Below, in pieces: positions 50,261 through 62,435 of a stretch of DNA of 64,000 nt (position 1 is its first letter; each line of letters starts with the position of its first letter). The DNA lies in contig NC_042998.1 of the NCBI RefSeq assembly GCF_006345805.1, positions 66,464,001 to 66,528,000 on the forward strand, given 5' to 3'. The notes beneath the pieces were generated by a model. The model saw nothing but the letters and a program-made list of their open reading frames with translations, did no database searches and had not been told where the DNA came from. The stretch is from Octopus sinensis. Lineage: Eukaryota. Both the position numbers and the translations under genes were made by a program.

Positions 50261-51757
50261 TGTCCGTGATATTTCGCAATAATCGCCGGAATATATTTGA
50301 TTTAGAATATATTTGTGCATAACTGCAGCGCGTCTGATGTGGGAGTTTTATTCTATACGATTTCAATAAAATTAATGCTTTGATAAATTTTAAGTATTTT
50401 CTGGCGTTTATAAGATACATGAAGATTTGAAAGTGGTGTTGCTATGGTAAGTATCAGTGTCAACCTAAAGAGATGAAGAACGAAACTTAGGCGCACAATG
50501 CAATATATCGATATGCGGCAATGGTTGATGAGAATAGAATACAGAAATATGTAAGAGTCCCATCACGGGGATAAAGTTAAAATCGATACTTAAGTTAATA
50601 TAAGATTCTATAGAATATATATTGTAACTATTTCATTCATAATTAATGAAATAATTCATTAGTAACCATACCTTAGATGAACTGAAGTAGCCACACTACT
50701 AGAATATTCAAAATATACAAAGCACTGAGTAGAAGCATCCTGGAATTTCAAACTTATAAACGGTACAACCTATAGCTACTGAAATAAGATATTTCAACTT
50801 CAAAACCGAAAACAGTAAATTAATAATGATAATTGCAACAATAATAAGGAAATTAAAACAGAAGGAAATGGTAAAATAAATGAAGGAGTGAGGAATAAGA
50901 AAAAAATGAAACGGAGAAAAAGGCGAAATAATTTAATAGTAACTAAAAGTAAATTTTTTAAATTTGATACAAAAACTACATCGAGACTACTATGTGAATC
51001 CATTTCCAATCTTTACCTAATCGTTTATGCACGCCTTCATCATATTGGAATAACTTGTGGCATTGGTAGCCAGTGCAAATTGGAAAATTTCAATCAATTC
51101 CTACGGTAAACATTTTTGTCTATATGTCTGCAAAGAAAATTATATTTATATAAGCTTCAATTAAATTTAAGTGTTGTGCTCATGAAATGTGTCAAGGACC
51201 CATTAAGTAGATTATGATTTATGTTGTGCTTCATAGGGGAAATGACATGCCTCATTAATTACCTTGATTTCAATTTTCTACGTATGCATTTTACCTAAAT
51301 TATTTTTTTACTTACCAATATATACTTGTGAATTGCTCCAGTATAGCACTGTTTAAATTCTCCTATGTATGTGTTCCACAAGGAAATGCTTATCGATTAA
51401 CACTTGTGCTTTGCTTTCTTGGTTTGTAGCGGTGTTTGTGTAGGATAAGTAATATTTCGTTTGTATCAACCAAAGACAACTTGAAGGAGACACTGTTAGT
51501 GAAAGACAAATTTGACGTTCGTCAACTTACTATATTAGTTAGACGTATTTTGCTATGATACATAATATTGATATAAGCCAGCTTATAAGCTTTGTCCACA
51601 GATTTGTAAAGAATTATAGATACCTTACGGAACAGTTCTCAAACGTCTATAAAGGTTAAGTTATTCTTTTCTTAGTAAAATATATTTATGCTGAAGTTAG
51701 TGAAAGAATAAGCATAAGTAAAGTATTTTTTTATGTGTCTAACATATCTGTTGCATA

Positions 51758-51962
51758 AGGGGGCGAGCCGGCAGAAACGTTAGCAGGCCGGGGGAAATGC
51801 TTAGCCGCATTTCGTCTGTCTTTTTGTTCTGAGTTCAAATTCCGCCGAGGTCGACTCTGCCTTTCATCCATTTGGGTTCAATAAACTAAGTACCAGTTGC
51901 ATACTGGGGTCGATTTAATCGACTGGCCTCCTCCCCAAAAGTTTCGGGCCTTGTACCTAGAA
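51758..51962 (+). mobile_element. SINE S2 (alternative tail)
   Basis: ggcgagccggcagaaacgttagcaggccgggg..gttctgagttcaaattccgccgaggtcgac..; tail differs from the 17371/38367 copies. Confidence 0.85.
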
Positions 51963-53174
51963 TAGCAATAAATAGAGCTATTGCGTATTAAGATGTAACC
52001 AAGAGATTTATTTCATCTCTAAATAGCCGAAGTATTTTATGAGTAACTTATTTATGCAGGGGTTCTACAATATCCACCTATATTAATATACCCCAATGCA
52101 ATATAGATTCAGACACAACCTTTTCCCGACGACCCTAAATTTACGTTGAAAAAACTTAATATACTGATGTTGGTAGAAGCTTTGTTAAAATGCACCTTTC
52201 TCTCGCTTCAATACGCGTTGATTTTTCATAATGAAATCTGCCTTTGCGAAATTTCAGGACAACTGGAGAAAAGATATTGAAATAATATATAAACTATGAT
52301 ATAGAAATAATAAATGAATTTTGACAATATTAAAATTGGTAAATTTAGAAATATTTATATTATCAATATTATTCAAACAACTGCCAACCGTGTTGCCGTT
52401 GTTCCATTACTGGAAGCTCTTGGCATTAATAAATGTTGTTGCTAATATTACTCAAAATATTCTTCCTAATTAAACCAACCTCGTATCAAGAGAGGTTAAT
52501 TAATCTACACTCGGGGTTAGAGTTACAATCCTCCCGATGTACTTCAGTTAGAAACACGACGCGCTTTTAGCTAAATATTCTAATGTATTCTAAGCCTATG
52601 AGCTATATTTTTGCATTACTATTTGCATTACCATAAATTTGTGTACTTGATGTCTTACAGACTAAGTTATATAACAGTTATTATTTTGTATTTCTAGAAG
52701 ACTACTAGATTTATCAAAATATACTAATCTATATTTCTACATTTTCAAATGTCATAGGTTTAAATTTTCACTGAAATATTCGAAAATATTTATAGATTAC
52801 ACGATGGATATTATGTCATAAGAGCAGATACAAACAGTTTCACATCCTTCAAACTTATGGGGTAAATCAGTGTTTTCATATTATAAGGTGTTTTGCTTAA
52901 TTATTAACTATAGAAGTCGACATACGGCACATGCCTATGAATACAACTTCAGCTTTGTGACGTCTCTCATGCAGTGAATTGCTTCACGAAGACATAAATA
53001 TTTTCTGTTCAGTAGATAATATCAAGGTATGTGATATTAGATATCTTTTAGTATAAGGTGCCGTTAGATTATGCATTACAGCACAACGTATGATGTTTCG
53101 TAAATTATACAGCTAGAATTGGTACTCTGAGATTCAATGTAATATAAAAGCGGTACAACAATATACAAGTTATA

Positions 53175-53237
<63 letters not shown>

Positions 53238-53399
53238 TAAGAAAGTTGGTTTGTGAAAGCACGTGGTTGAATATATAGAAAATAGTAAAAAGTGAAAAAA
53301 CTACAGAAGGCTTAAAGGTTAAAAATATATATATATTTGCGTGAATATGTCTGAAGAATATTAAATTTTTTTTTTTTCCTTACAATGACACTAGTTTAG

Positions 53400-53438
53400 A
53401 AGAAAGACCGGTTTCGCGTTTAGCTTTTCAAATTTCTT
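53400..53438 (-). ncRNA. Minimal hammerhead variant (family D, U3:A8) in PLE 3' region
   Basis: AAGAAAU UUGAAAA GC UAAAC GC GAAA CCG GUC UUUCUU. Confidence 0.55.
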
Positions 53439-53547
53439 GCGACGTTATGATTATGTTGAATAGAGTTATCGTTATGTTTATGTTTAAAAGAGTTCTAAAT
53501 AAGGGGAGGTAATGAGTGATTTCTTCCGGTGTAAGGGAGATAATCAC

Positions 53548-54027
53548 TTATTTTTTTTTTCTTTTCCCTTGGTATGAATTTCTCTGTATCAGTATGTTGG
53601 CATGGTTAAGTCTGGGCTTGTACTTTTCAATGAAGAATGTTTCCTTGTTTAGTCTAATTTGTGTTGATGATCCGATAGCACATTGGTAAAATGGAAAGAT
53701 TAAAAATTGTGGTAGTAGTTGCTTTGCGCATTTCTCAATGTGCTCACTAAAAGGTATCATTCTGTATTCTGGGAATGCAATCTGTTGTCGATGCAGTGTG
53801 CATCTACGTCTGAGTGATAGTCCCGTGGATTCCACGTAGTCTTGGTGGCAGCCCGAGCATTTTATGACATAAATTATGTTTTCAGAGGCACAAGTAAAGT
53901 TAGATTTGATCTTGAATATCTGTCCCTCTTTAAAGAGAAATTCTGATCCTTCCAATAGGTTAGGACATGTTGCACAGTTCGATCTACCACATTTTTTAAC
54001 TTTTGCATCCGTAATTTTAGAAAACAA
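53548..54027 (-). pseudogene. PLE Zn-finger plus GIY-YIG endonuclease domain
   Basis: ORF-track translation KKCGRSNCATCPNL..IIYVIKCSGCHQDYVESTGLSLRRRCTLHRQQI; in-frame stops upstream. Confidence 0.9.
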
Positions 54028-54314
54028 CTTTGCCTTTGTGAGAATCTTTTTAAGTGATTTAGGTTATTTGTAGCTTTTAATGATTTGGTGTATGTTTAGA
54101 ATTTCCTTTAATTTGTGGTCCTTATGAAGTATTGGTAGATTCTGGGTGATGATGGTGAAGGCTTCTTTGTTTCTGGGGTTGTATGTAGATATGTAAGGTA
54201 GTATTTTCGGGGAAGGTGTGTTGTTGTGTTGAACTTTTCTTAAAGTTTATATGTTGATTTCTGTTGCACGTCTGATCCCATCCTCTATGAGTTGAGCTGG
54301 GTAATGTCTGTCAA

Positions 54315-54870
54315 TTAGGGTGTTTTTGAGTTCTTGCAGTCAAAAGTTCCTTGTTCTGACACTATTGTGCATATCCTTCTTGCAAGGTTGAAGGGGATGT
54401 TTGTTTTAGTGTGTCTTGGGTGGCATGAATTAAAAAGAAGGTATTGTTTGGCGTCTGTGGCTTTGTAAAAAATGTCTGTTTCTATTTTAAGGTTAATTTT
54501 TTTAATTAGTATATCCAAGAACGGAAGCTCCTTTTGGTTGTATTCCATTGTGAACTGTATATTTGGGTTTATGCTGTTCAATAGGTTTTTAAATTTTAGG
54601 AGTTTATCTGTGTTTTCATTCCAGAGTATAAAACAATCGTCTAAGAATCGTTTCCAATTCTCTTTTATGTATTGAGAAAGGGGGTTTCCAAAGATTGATA
54701 AAGATTCCTGGTAAATGATTATTTACATGTAGCCCATTGTTAGGTTCACAATGACTGGTGCTGCCCTTGTACCCATAGCAATTCCGGATTTTTGACGGTA
54801 AAATGTATTGTCAAACATGAAGTGGTTATTATGTAGGATGAATTCAATTGAGTTAGTAATGAATTATTTA
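54315..54870 (-). pseudogene. PLE reverse transcriptase C-terminal half (stop at MGYM*, frameshift near 54340)
   Basis: [69 protein letters not shown]. Confidence 0.9.
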
Positions 54871-55307
54871 CTGAAAAAATAATTTATGTCATAAAATGCT
54901 CGGGCTGCCACCAAGACTACGTGGGATCCACGGGACTATCACTCAGACGTAGATGCACACTGCATCGACAACAGATTGCATTCCCAGAATACAGAATGAT
55001 ACCTTTTAGTGAGCACATTGAGAAATGCGCAAAGCAACTACTACCACAATTTTTAATCTTTCCATTTTACCAAGGTGCTATCGGATCATCACACAAATAG
55101 ACTAAACAAGGAAACATTCTTATTGAAAAGTACAAGCCCAACTTCACCATAACATACTGATACAGAGAAATTTCACCAAGGAAAAGAAAAAAATTTAAGT
55201 GATTATCTCCCTTACACCGGAAGAAATTACTCATTGCCTCCCCTTATTTAGAACTCTTTTAACATAAACATAACGATAACTCTCTTTCAACATAAACATA
55301 ACGTCGC

Positions 55308-55346
55308 AAGAAATTTGAAAAGCTAACCGCGAAACCGGTCTTTCTT
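55308..55346 (+). ncRNA. Minimal hammerhead variant (family D) in the inverted arm
   Basis: AAGAAAU UUGAAAA GC UAACC GC GAAA CCG GUC UUUCUU. Confidence 0.55.
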
Positions 55347-55457
55347 CTAAACTATGTCATTGTAAGGATAAAAAAAAATTTAATATTCTTCAGACATTTC
55401 ACGCAAATATATATATTTTTAACCTTTAAGCCTTCTTTAGTTTTTTCACTTTTACTA

Positions 55458-55541
<84 letters not shown>

Positions 55542-55708
55542 ATAATATTAGGGAATAAATCCAAATTTACAGGGAAAAAAACAGATTTGGATTAAATCCA
55601 ATTTTATAGTAAAATATTATAAAATATTTTTAGAGACAAACTATTTTGCAAAACAAACAAGGAAAGACTTAATCAATAATAAATTTTAATAAATAGTCAA
55701 AAAAACCG

Positions 55709-55751
55709 CCACTACAATCGTTTCTTGTCTTGATCGACAATCTTCAGGTGG
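55709..55751 (-). ncRNA. Minimal type-I hammerhead (family B)
   Basis: CCAC CUGAAGA UUGUC GAUCAA GACAA GAAA C GAUU G UA GUGG: canonical core, perfect 5-bp stem II, 4-bp stem I, GUA triplet. Confidence 0.8.
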
Positions 55752-55830
55752 ACTTCCAATAAGTCAGCTTCAATATATATATTGCTAGCCACTACACATT
55801 CTTTATTTTCTATCCTTGTTTATCTTTGTT

Positions 55831-55868
55831 TCTTTCTGTGGAAGAGCGGAGGCTCGAAACGTTAAAGA
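55831..55868 (+). ncRNA. Minimal hammerhead variant (family C, A6U), best-preserved copy
   Basis: UCUUU CUGUGGA A GAGC GGAG GCUC GAAA CG UU AAAGA; lies in mini-element 55783-55930. Confidence 0.6.
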
Positions 55869-56829
55869 CTTTTTCACTTCCCGAGCGTTAATACATCTGT
55901 TTGTTGTCTAGACTACCTGTCTTCGTCACAAACAGTAAGCTGCATGAAACTAGATGAAGTTCAAAAACAAATGAGTTGAATACGGGAAAAACAAGAGAAA
56001 CAAATGGAAAACTCTTTGAAAGTCCGATAGATCTGTCATTTTAATGAATTTTAATTATCTTTTTCTTGTAAAAACACAGCAATTTTAGCAAAGCATATTA
56101 AGCAACACTAATGATAAATCAAAAAAATAGAAAAATAAACAAGGTTTTGACGATTTTATAGATATTTCAAAATGATGATGCTATGATTCTAGGTCTTTGC
56201 ATTATTTTGTCCAACCCCTGTATATATATATATATTTATGCACAAATGTATGTGTCCTGGTGGAAGTTCGTATAACTACCAACGAACTAGATAGAGAATG
56301 TGCGAATTTTAAGGTTCAGTGAATTATAGAATAATCTTTAGAGAAATTGTTAACTTAAGATGTGTAAAGGAAATGGATAGAGAAAGAAAGGGGGGAATTA
56401 TATATCTATAGTGTGTGAGTGGAGAGAAAAATTATTGTGAAAATATTTTGCTTCATTTGATGTGGGAACTGTGTTACTGTTTAAGGCTCACTGACACATG
56501 GTAAATGCTGTGCAATCTAATATTTGAAATTCAGGCCACGACACCCAGTTTTAAGTTGATTTCAGCTGTGATTCAACGCCCAGAAAAGAATAATCACAGA
56601 TGAATTGCTTGGTTACCCTGCATATGTTGCACAATACTTAAATTCGTGTAGAGAATTTTATTAAAAAATTCCAAACAGTGTTTTGAGAACGATAGGATTA
56701 AGGGAGCTTACTACTATAAATATGTCATTACTAGTATATTCAAAGTCGCCTAATATCTAAATTCGGATCTAACCAAAGCATTTACCTAATATAACTCTAG
56801 TTGCACCACCAACTGCTCATTCCCGGCCT

Positions 56830-57345
56830 GACACATGCGGTTGACCTCAATCATTTGTGAGGTGAACTAATTCACCTACATTCTTTTATGAAATATGAAC
56901 GTAATACTTCATGGATAAAATTTAATGGTTTAAAAAGAATGCAGTGAGAGGAGCAGATTGATTGCAATCGATGTCGAGCCGTGGATTTCACGCATATGAG
57001 TGATACACGCCGGTTTGCACAGTTGTTTTCGTGTTAAATTCTTTTGTTCAGTTAAGCTTTTAAAGTTTTTTTTGCCAGTTCTCGAGTGTTTTTACGTGGA
57101 TCATTCTCAATGATGGTCGGTCTTTAATTGACCGTCATCGATGACAGATGTGTGTCCACTTCGCTCACAATCTTCAAGGCTCAGGTTTCCACTGCGAATT
57201 CCTTTGAACTATTTTCGAGCTTACCATACACTTGTCGTTTTCTCACCAAACGTTTCGTTGATATCGTATGCAGTTTCAGCTGCTTTACGTCCCCACATAC
57301 ACCTACAAACACATATGGTGCTACTCTCCTCCCTATCTAACCCTA
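56830..57345 (-). mobile_element. Decayed mariner transposase N-terminus
   Basis: GRKAAETAYDINETFGEKTTSVW*ARK*FKGIRSGNLSLEDCERSGHTSVIDDGQLK/IIENDPRKNTRELAKK matches the mariner paired HTH; TIRs not resolved. Confidence 0.8.
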
Positions 57346-57819
57346 CATATCGACTACAGGAATCTAGTCTCAACAGGCTAAAATTATCATTCCACTTAGT
57401 TCCCCACGTACCCAAAGGAAGAAATTGCCCAAGTTTGTATAAAAATCAAATACAATACCAGTATACTTCTGTCTAAAGGCCAAAAGAAAACGGAGAAAGC
57501 CAGCATGATTTTGAAAACTTCAAATCATAAGCAACCATTTACTGGCAAGTATTTGATAGAAATGAATTCCACTTAAAGGTATTGAGTAATGTTTTAGTTT
57601 TATGTCAAATTATTTTTAGACATATCTTCAGATACCAATGAAGTATAAATAAGCAGCCGACAACTGATGAAGAGTCCTTATGTTACTTGTCCTGTTTTCC
57701 ATTTCTTTCTCTCATTGTTTGCATATTCAACTCATTTGTTTTCGTATTTCATGTAGTATACTGTTCATCGGCCCTGTGCCAATACATGCATATACACACA
57801 CAAACACACGCACGCACAC

Positions 57820-57895
<76 letters not shown>

Positions 57896-57912
57896 TTATA
57901 TATATATATATA

Positions 57913-59265
57913 AGAAAATAGTAAAGTGTGAAAAAACGACAGAAGGCTTAAATGTTAAAAAATATATATATATTTGTGTCAAAATGTCTGGAGAATATTG
58001 GAAAACTTTTTTTTCCTTTCCTTAAAATGACATAATTTTAAAATTTTTAAAGAAATTACCGGTTTCGCGTGTAGCTTTTCAAATTTCTTGTGACGTTATG
58101 TTTATACTGCATGGAGTTATCGTTGTTTTTATTTCCAGGAGATTTCTAAATAAGGGGAGGTAGTGAGTGATTTCTTCCGGTGTAGGGGAGATAATCGCTT
58201 AAAATTTTTTTTTTTTTTTTTTTTTTTCCTTTTCCTTGTTAATTTCTCTGTGTCAGTATGTTCGGATGGTTGAGTCTGGGTTTGTACTTTTCAATGAAGA
58301 ATGTTTCCTTGTTCAGTCTCATTTGTGTTGATGATCCGAAAGCACATTGGTAAAATGGGAAGATTAAAATTGTGGCAGTAGTTGCTTTGCGCATTTCTCA
58401 ATGTGCTCACTAAAAGGTATCATTCTATATTCTGGGAATGCAATCTGTTGTCGATGCAGTGTGCATCTACGCCTGAGTGATAGTCCCGTGGAACCCACGT
58501 AGTCTTGGTGGCGGCCCGAGCATTTAATAACATAAATTATGTTTTCAGAGGCACAAGTAAAGTTAGATTTGATCTTAAATTTCTGTCCCTCTTTAAAGAC
58601 GAATTCTGATCCTTCCAATAGGTTAGGACATGTTGCACAGTTCGATCTACCACATTTTTTTACTTTTGCATCCGTAATTTTAGAAGACAATTTTGCCTTT
58701 GTGAGAATCTTTTTAAGAGATTTAGGCTGTTTGTAGCTTTTAATGATTTGGTGTATGTTTAGAATTTCCTTTAATTTTGGGTTTTTATGAAGTATTAGTA
58801 AATTCTGGGTGATGATGGTGAAGGCTTCTTTGTTTCTGGGGTTGTATGTAGATATGTAAGGTAGTATTTTCGGGGAAGGTGTGTTGTTGTGTTGAACTTT
58901 TCTTAAAGTTTCTATGTTGATTTCTGTTGCACGTCTGATCCCATCCTCTATGAGTTGAGCTGGGTAATGTCTGTCAATTAGGGTGTTTTTGAGTTCTTGC
59001 AGTCAAAAGTTCCTTGTTCTGACACTATTGTGCATATCCTTCTTGCAAGGTTGAAGGGGATGTTTGTTTTAGTGTGTCTTGGGTGGCATGAATTAAAAAG
59101 AAGGTATTGTTTGGCGTCTGTGGCTTTGTAAAAAATGTCTGTTTCTATTTTAAGGTTAATTTTTTTAATTAGTATATCCAAGAACGGGAGCTCCTTTTGG
59201 TTGTATTCCATTGTGAACTGTATATTTGGGTTTATGCTGTTCAATAGGTTTTTAAATTTTAGGAG
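57913..59265 (-). mobile_element. Second copy of the Neptune-like PLE, 5'-truncated, with (TA)n on both sides
   Basis: Collinear with 53277-54600; the 88-aa RT-thumb ORF is identical; GIY-YIG ORF 58364-58690. Confidence 0.92.
58050..58089 (-). ncRNA. Minimal hammerhead variant (family D, U3:A8) with perfect 7-bp stem I
   Basis: AAGAAAU UUGAAAA GC UACAC GC GAAA CCG GUA AUUUCUU; palindromic ACCGGU stem III. Confidence 0.65.
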
Positions 59266-59296
<31 letters not shown>

Positions 59297-59391
59297 TTAT
59301 TTATATGCATATATAGGTATGTATTAATATATATGTATATATATATACATGCATATATATATATATTAATATATATATACACATATATGCA

Positions 59392-59430
<39 letters not shown>

Positions 59431-59632
59431 GCATATACATATGTGTGTGTGTATCTATGTATATTTATACATAGATAGATACATATTATTCATATTGTTA
59501 TTTGGTTGAACGCCACGCATCCATCCATATATTAATACATACATATATGTATGTATACATGTATATGCATAAAATATATATATATACATATTTATATACA
59601 TATATATATATATATATTAATACCTACATGTA

Positions 59633-59680
<48 letters not shown>

Positions 59681-60016
59681 ATACCGTTTTGTGAATAAAA
59701 TATTTGTCTACAAGAGTCAAATACGTAAGTTGTATTGCGATAGATGAAAGGATTAATTTTGTACTCTTAGCTCACAGTTATAAGAGGTGAAATATGATTG
59801 TAATTTCTCATGAATACAATTTTATTGTTGAAAAATAATGCAGTGAAAAGAGGGAGATTGACAGTCTGTGTATTTCCTACTTATGTTATCCCCAACATAG
59901 AGACCTATGTGCTTCTTTATGTTTGTATATAGATATGTAGATGGATATAGGCATACCGATTTGTTTGTCAGTGTACGTGTGCCGTATAGGTAGGGAGGTA
60001 AGTAGATAGATAGACA

Positions 60017-60066
<50 letters not shown>

Positions 60067-60072
60067 ATATAT

Positions 60073-60161
<89 letters not shown>

Positions 60162-62036
60162 CAGATAGATAGATAGACGGATGGATGGATGGATAGATAT
60201 CTATATATATATATATTAATATTGATGATATATGTGCGTGTGTCTCTGGAACTGTTATATATCTATATGTTTACGAATCTTTTCGTATGTGTGATTGGGG
60301 GAGATAAGCGAGTGGCAGTGCATTCGGGATATTGCGAGCTTCCTAGAGTACCATCATCATCAATATCCTTATTATTATCATTAACAACAACAACAGCGAC
60401 GACAACAACAACAACAATAGTAATAATAATAATATTTTAGTTTTGTTGTTTTGTTTATAGTTTGGAAAATATCTCAACGTTTCTCTTTCTTTATTTGTTT
60501 ATATATCCGTGTGCATGTGTATATATGTATGTGAGCGAATAAACATTTGCATTTTCTGCATGTGTGTGTGTATATGTATGTAAATATACTTTTATAATAT
60601 ATTAAAGCGGAAGGCAGATATCAATAGGCCTATTTTGAAGTGTTTTATTTCATTATAATCTGAACATTAAGTATTTATTCTTTGTTGTTTCCTCACTTTT
60701 CTTCATTTTTTGTTTTTTATTAGTTATTTGTTTGTTTATCTTGTTCGAATTCTTAACTTTGAAGACGATATTTATCGATTTTTATTCGCCATTCCATACC
60801 TAACCGCTTATGTTAATATCGTCATTTCAATATCATATTTCCTCCCGTTTACATGTTTCGTTCATACTCATAGCCTTTGCAGCCCTTTTACTATATAACT
60901 AGCAGTTTTGTCAAGGCAATTTCTACGTTTATCACTTATTAAAACGAATATGCTTGTTGCTGTTCTGTCCCTTTTTCTTGTTACTCTTCTTTGTCTTGCT
61001 ATCTAAGTCAGTATCAGAACTGGTGAGCCAGGATCATATACGTCAATGTTACACTTGTTTATTTATCTTACGTTTTCTTATATAGTAAGCCATAAAAAAT
61101 GTGGAAACACATCTCTAGTTCCTTCAAAATCTTCGTGTATGTTGCTACAGAATATAAAGATTACTTCTAGAACTTAGGTTTGATGCAACGTTCCCTCTTA
61201 TTGAAGTGTTCTATTTCTTTTGCTATTGAACTTTTTGTAACATATGTTCCTGAGTTGTTTTACTCCAGCTCAACCCTGATCGAGTAGAACTATAATCCCA
61301 AAACTTCCATCTGTGAAAAACACATTTGTTATCAGATGTATAGTATAGAGTAGCACTTAATACAACCTTTCCTTTTTACAGATTATACACTTGTTTCTAG
61401 TGTGTTAAGTGACGAGTAAATAGTATCTAGTTGGTTCACATATTTGTGTATAAACACGCACACACTCACACACAGCCAAATATATGGATGTATATGAGCA
61501 TGCATACACATACGTTTATATATGCATACAAATGAATTCACTTATACACATACACGTGTGTGGCGGGGGAACACGTGTACATGCTTCACATGCATAAACT
61601 TGTGGTTGTTTGACCCAAGGTATTTGATCACATTCTCCTTAGATACACTATACATCGTATTGTCTAATTTAATTTGTTATTTTGACTTTTAATTGGTATG
61701 AAATATGTTGAGAGGGAATGAGGATGTCATCCCCTGAAATGTTAGTTGGAATACCTAGATAAGTGGTTTTCATAAAACTTAAATTTTCGAATATAATTAG
61801 TTATTAATGAAACGATATTGAAGAGTGATGGGAAGAATTTCGATTCGGAAACATTTGGCAAAAAGCGTGGTCCCAAATCACAGTTTAGCTAGTTTAAGAT
61901 ATATGTATGTTGTCACAGAGTAGATGGTTAACACGAATGATATTAGTCTGTAAATTGGTACAGCAAAACTAATTGAATAGTTGTATGTATATCTCTATAT
62001 ACATATATACGTGAGTCTGTACTTGTGTGCGTATAT

Positions 62037-62087
<51 letters not shown>

Positions 62088-62125
62088 ATATATGCGTGTG
62101 TGTGTGTGGTGTGTGTGTATGTATA

Positions 62126-62315
62126 ATGAGAATTTACAAAGAATCAAAAGAAGAATACGGGTGTGTAAACAACAAACAGATGTATTAGCTTAACGCTCGG
62201 GAAGTGAGTCAGTCCTTTACGTTTCGAGCCTACACTCTTCGACAGAAAGGAACACAAACATTAACAGGGAAAGAAAATAGAAAATGGTATAGTGGCTAAA
62301 GATCTATCGTGGCGA
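62126..62315 (-). mobile_element. Family C hammerhead mini-element
   Basis: Motif 62214-62250 on the minus strand: ccttt CTGTCGA a gagt gtag gctc GAAA cg ta aagg; adjoins (TA)/(TG)n. Confidence 0.75.
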
Positions 62316-62329
62316 ACACTTTGGCAATC

Positions 62330-62435
62330 TTCTTCGACAAACGTCTTTCCTCACACATCCTGTGACGTCTTCAGCGACTTCAGAGAGTCGTTGAAGATGT
62401 CATGGAGTTTGTGAAGAAAGAACTTTGACAAAGAA
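62330..62435. repeat. ~50-bp-arm foldback with two divergent decayed hammerhead-like motifs (family G)
   Basis: Minus CTGAAGA cgtcaca..tgtgag GAAA; plus TTGAAGA tgtca..gtgaa GAAA; central hairpin gact tcagag agtc. Confidence 0.45.

Larger units (their letters stand above)
53277..55463 (-). mobile_element. Neptune-like Penelope element, 5'-truncated, with inverted copy of its 3' end (arms 53277-53885 and 54871-55463)
   Basis: RT motifs FYRQKSGIAMGTRAAP and KRFLDDCF, thumb ELPFLDI..HPRHTK, Zn finger CGRSNCATC, GIY-YIG IIYVIKCSGCHQDYV; ~600-bp reverse-complement arms, each ending ctattttct next to a microsatellite. Confidence 0.92.

Noticed and set aside
57578-57636. Minus-strand GGUAU CUGAAGA UAUGUC..GACAUA AAAC..AUACC
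   Set aside because: Stems I and II pair, but G12 is missing and stem III does not form; at best a dead relic.
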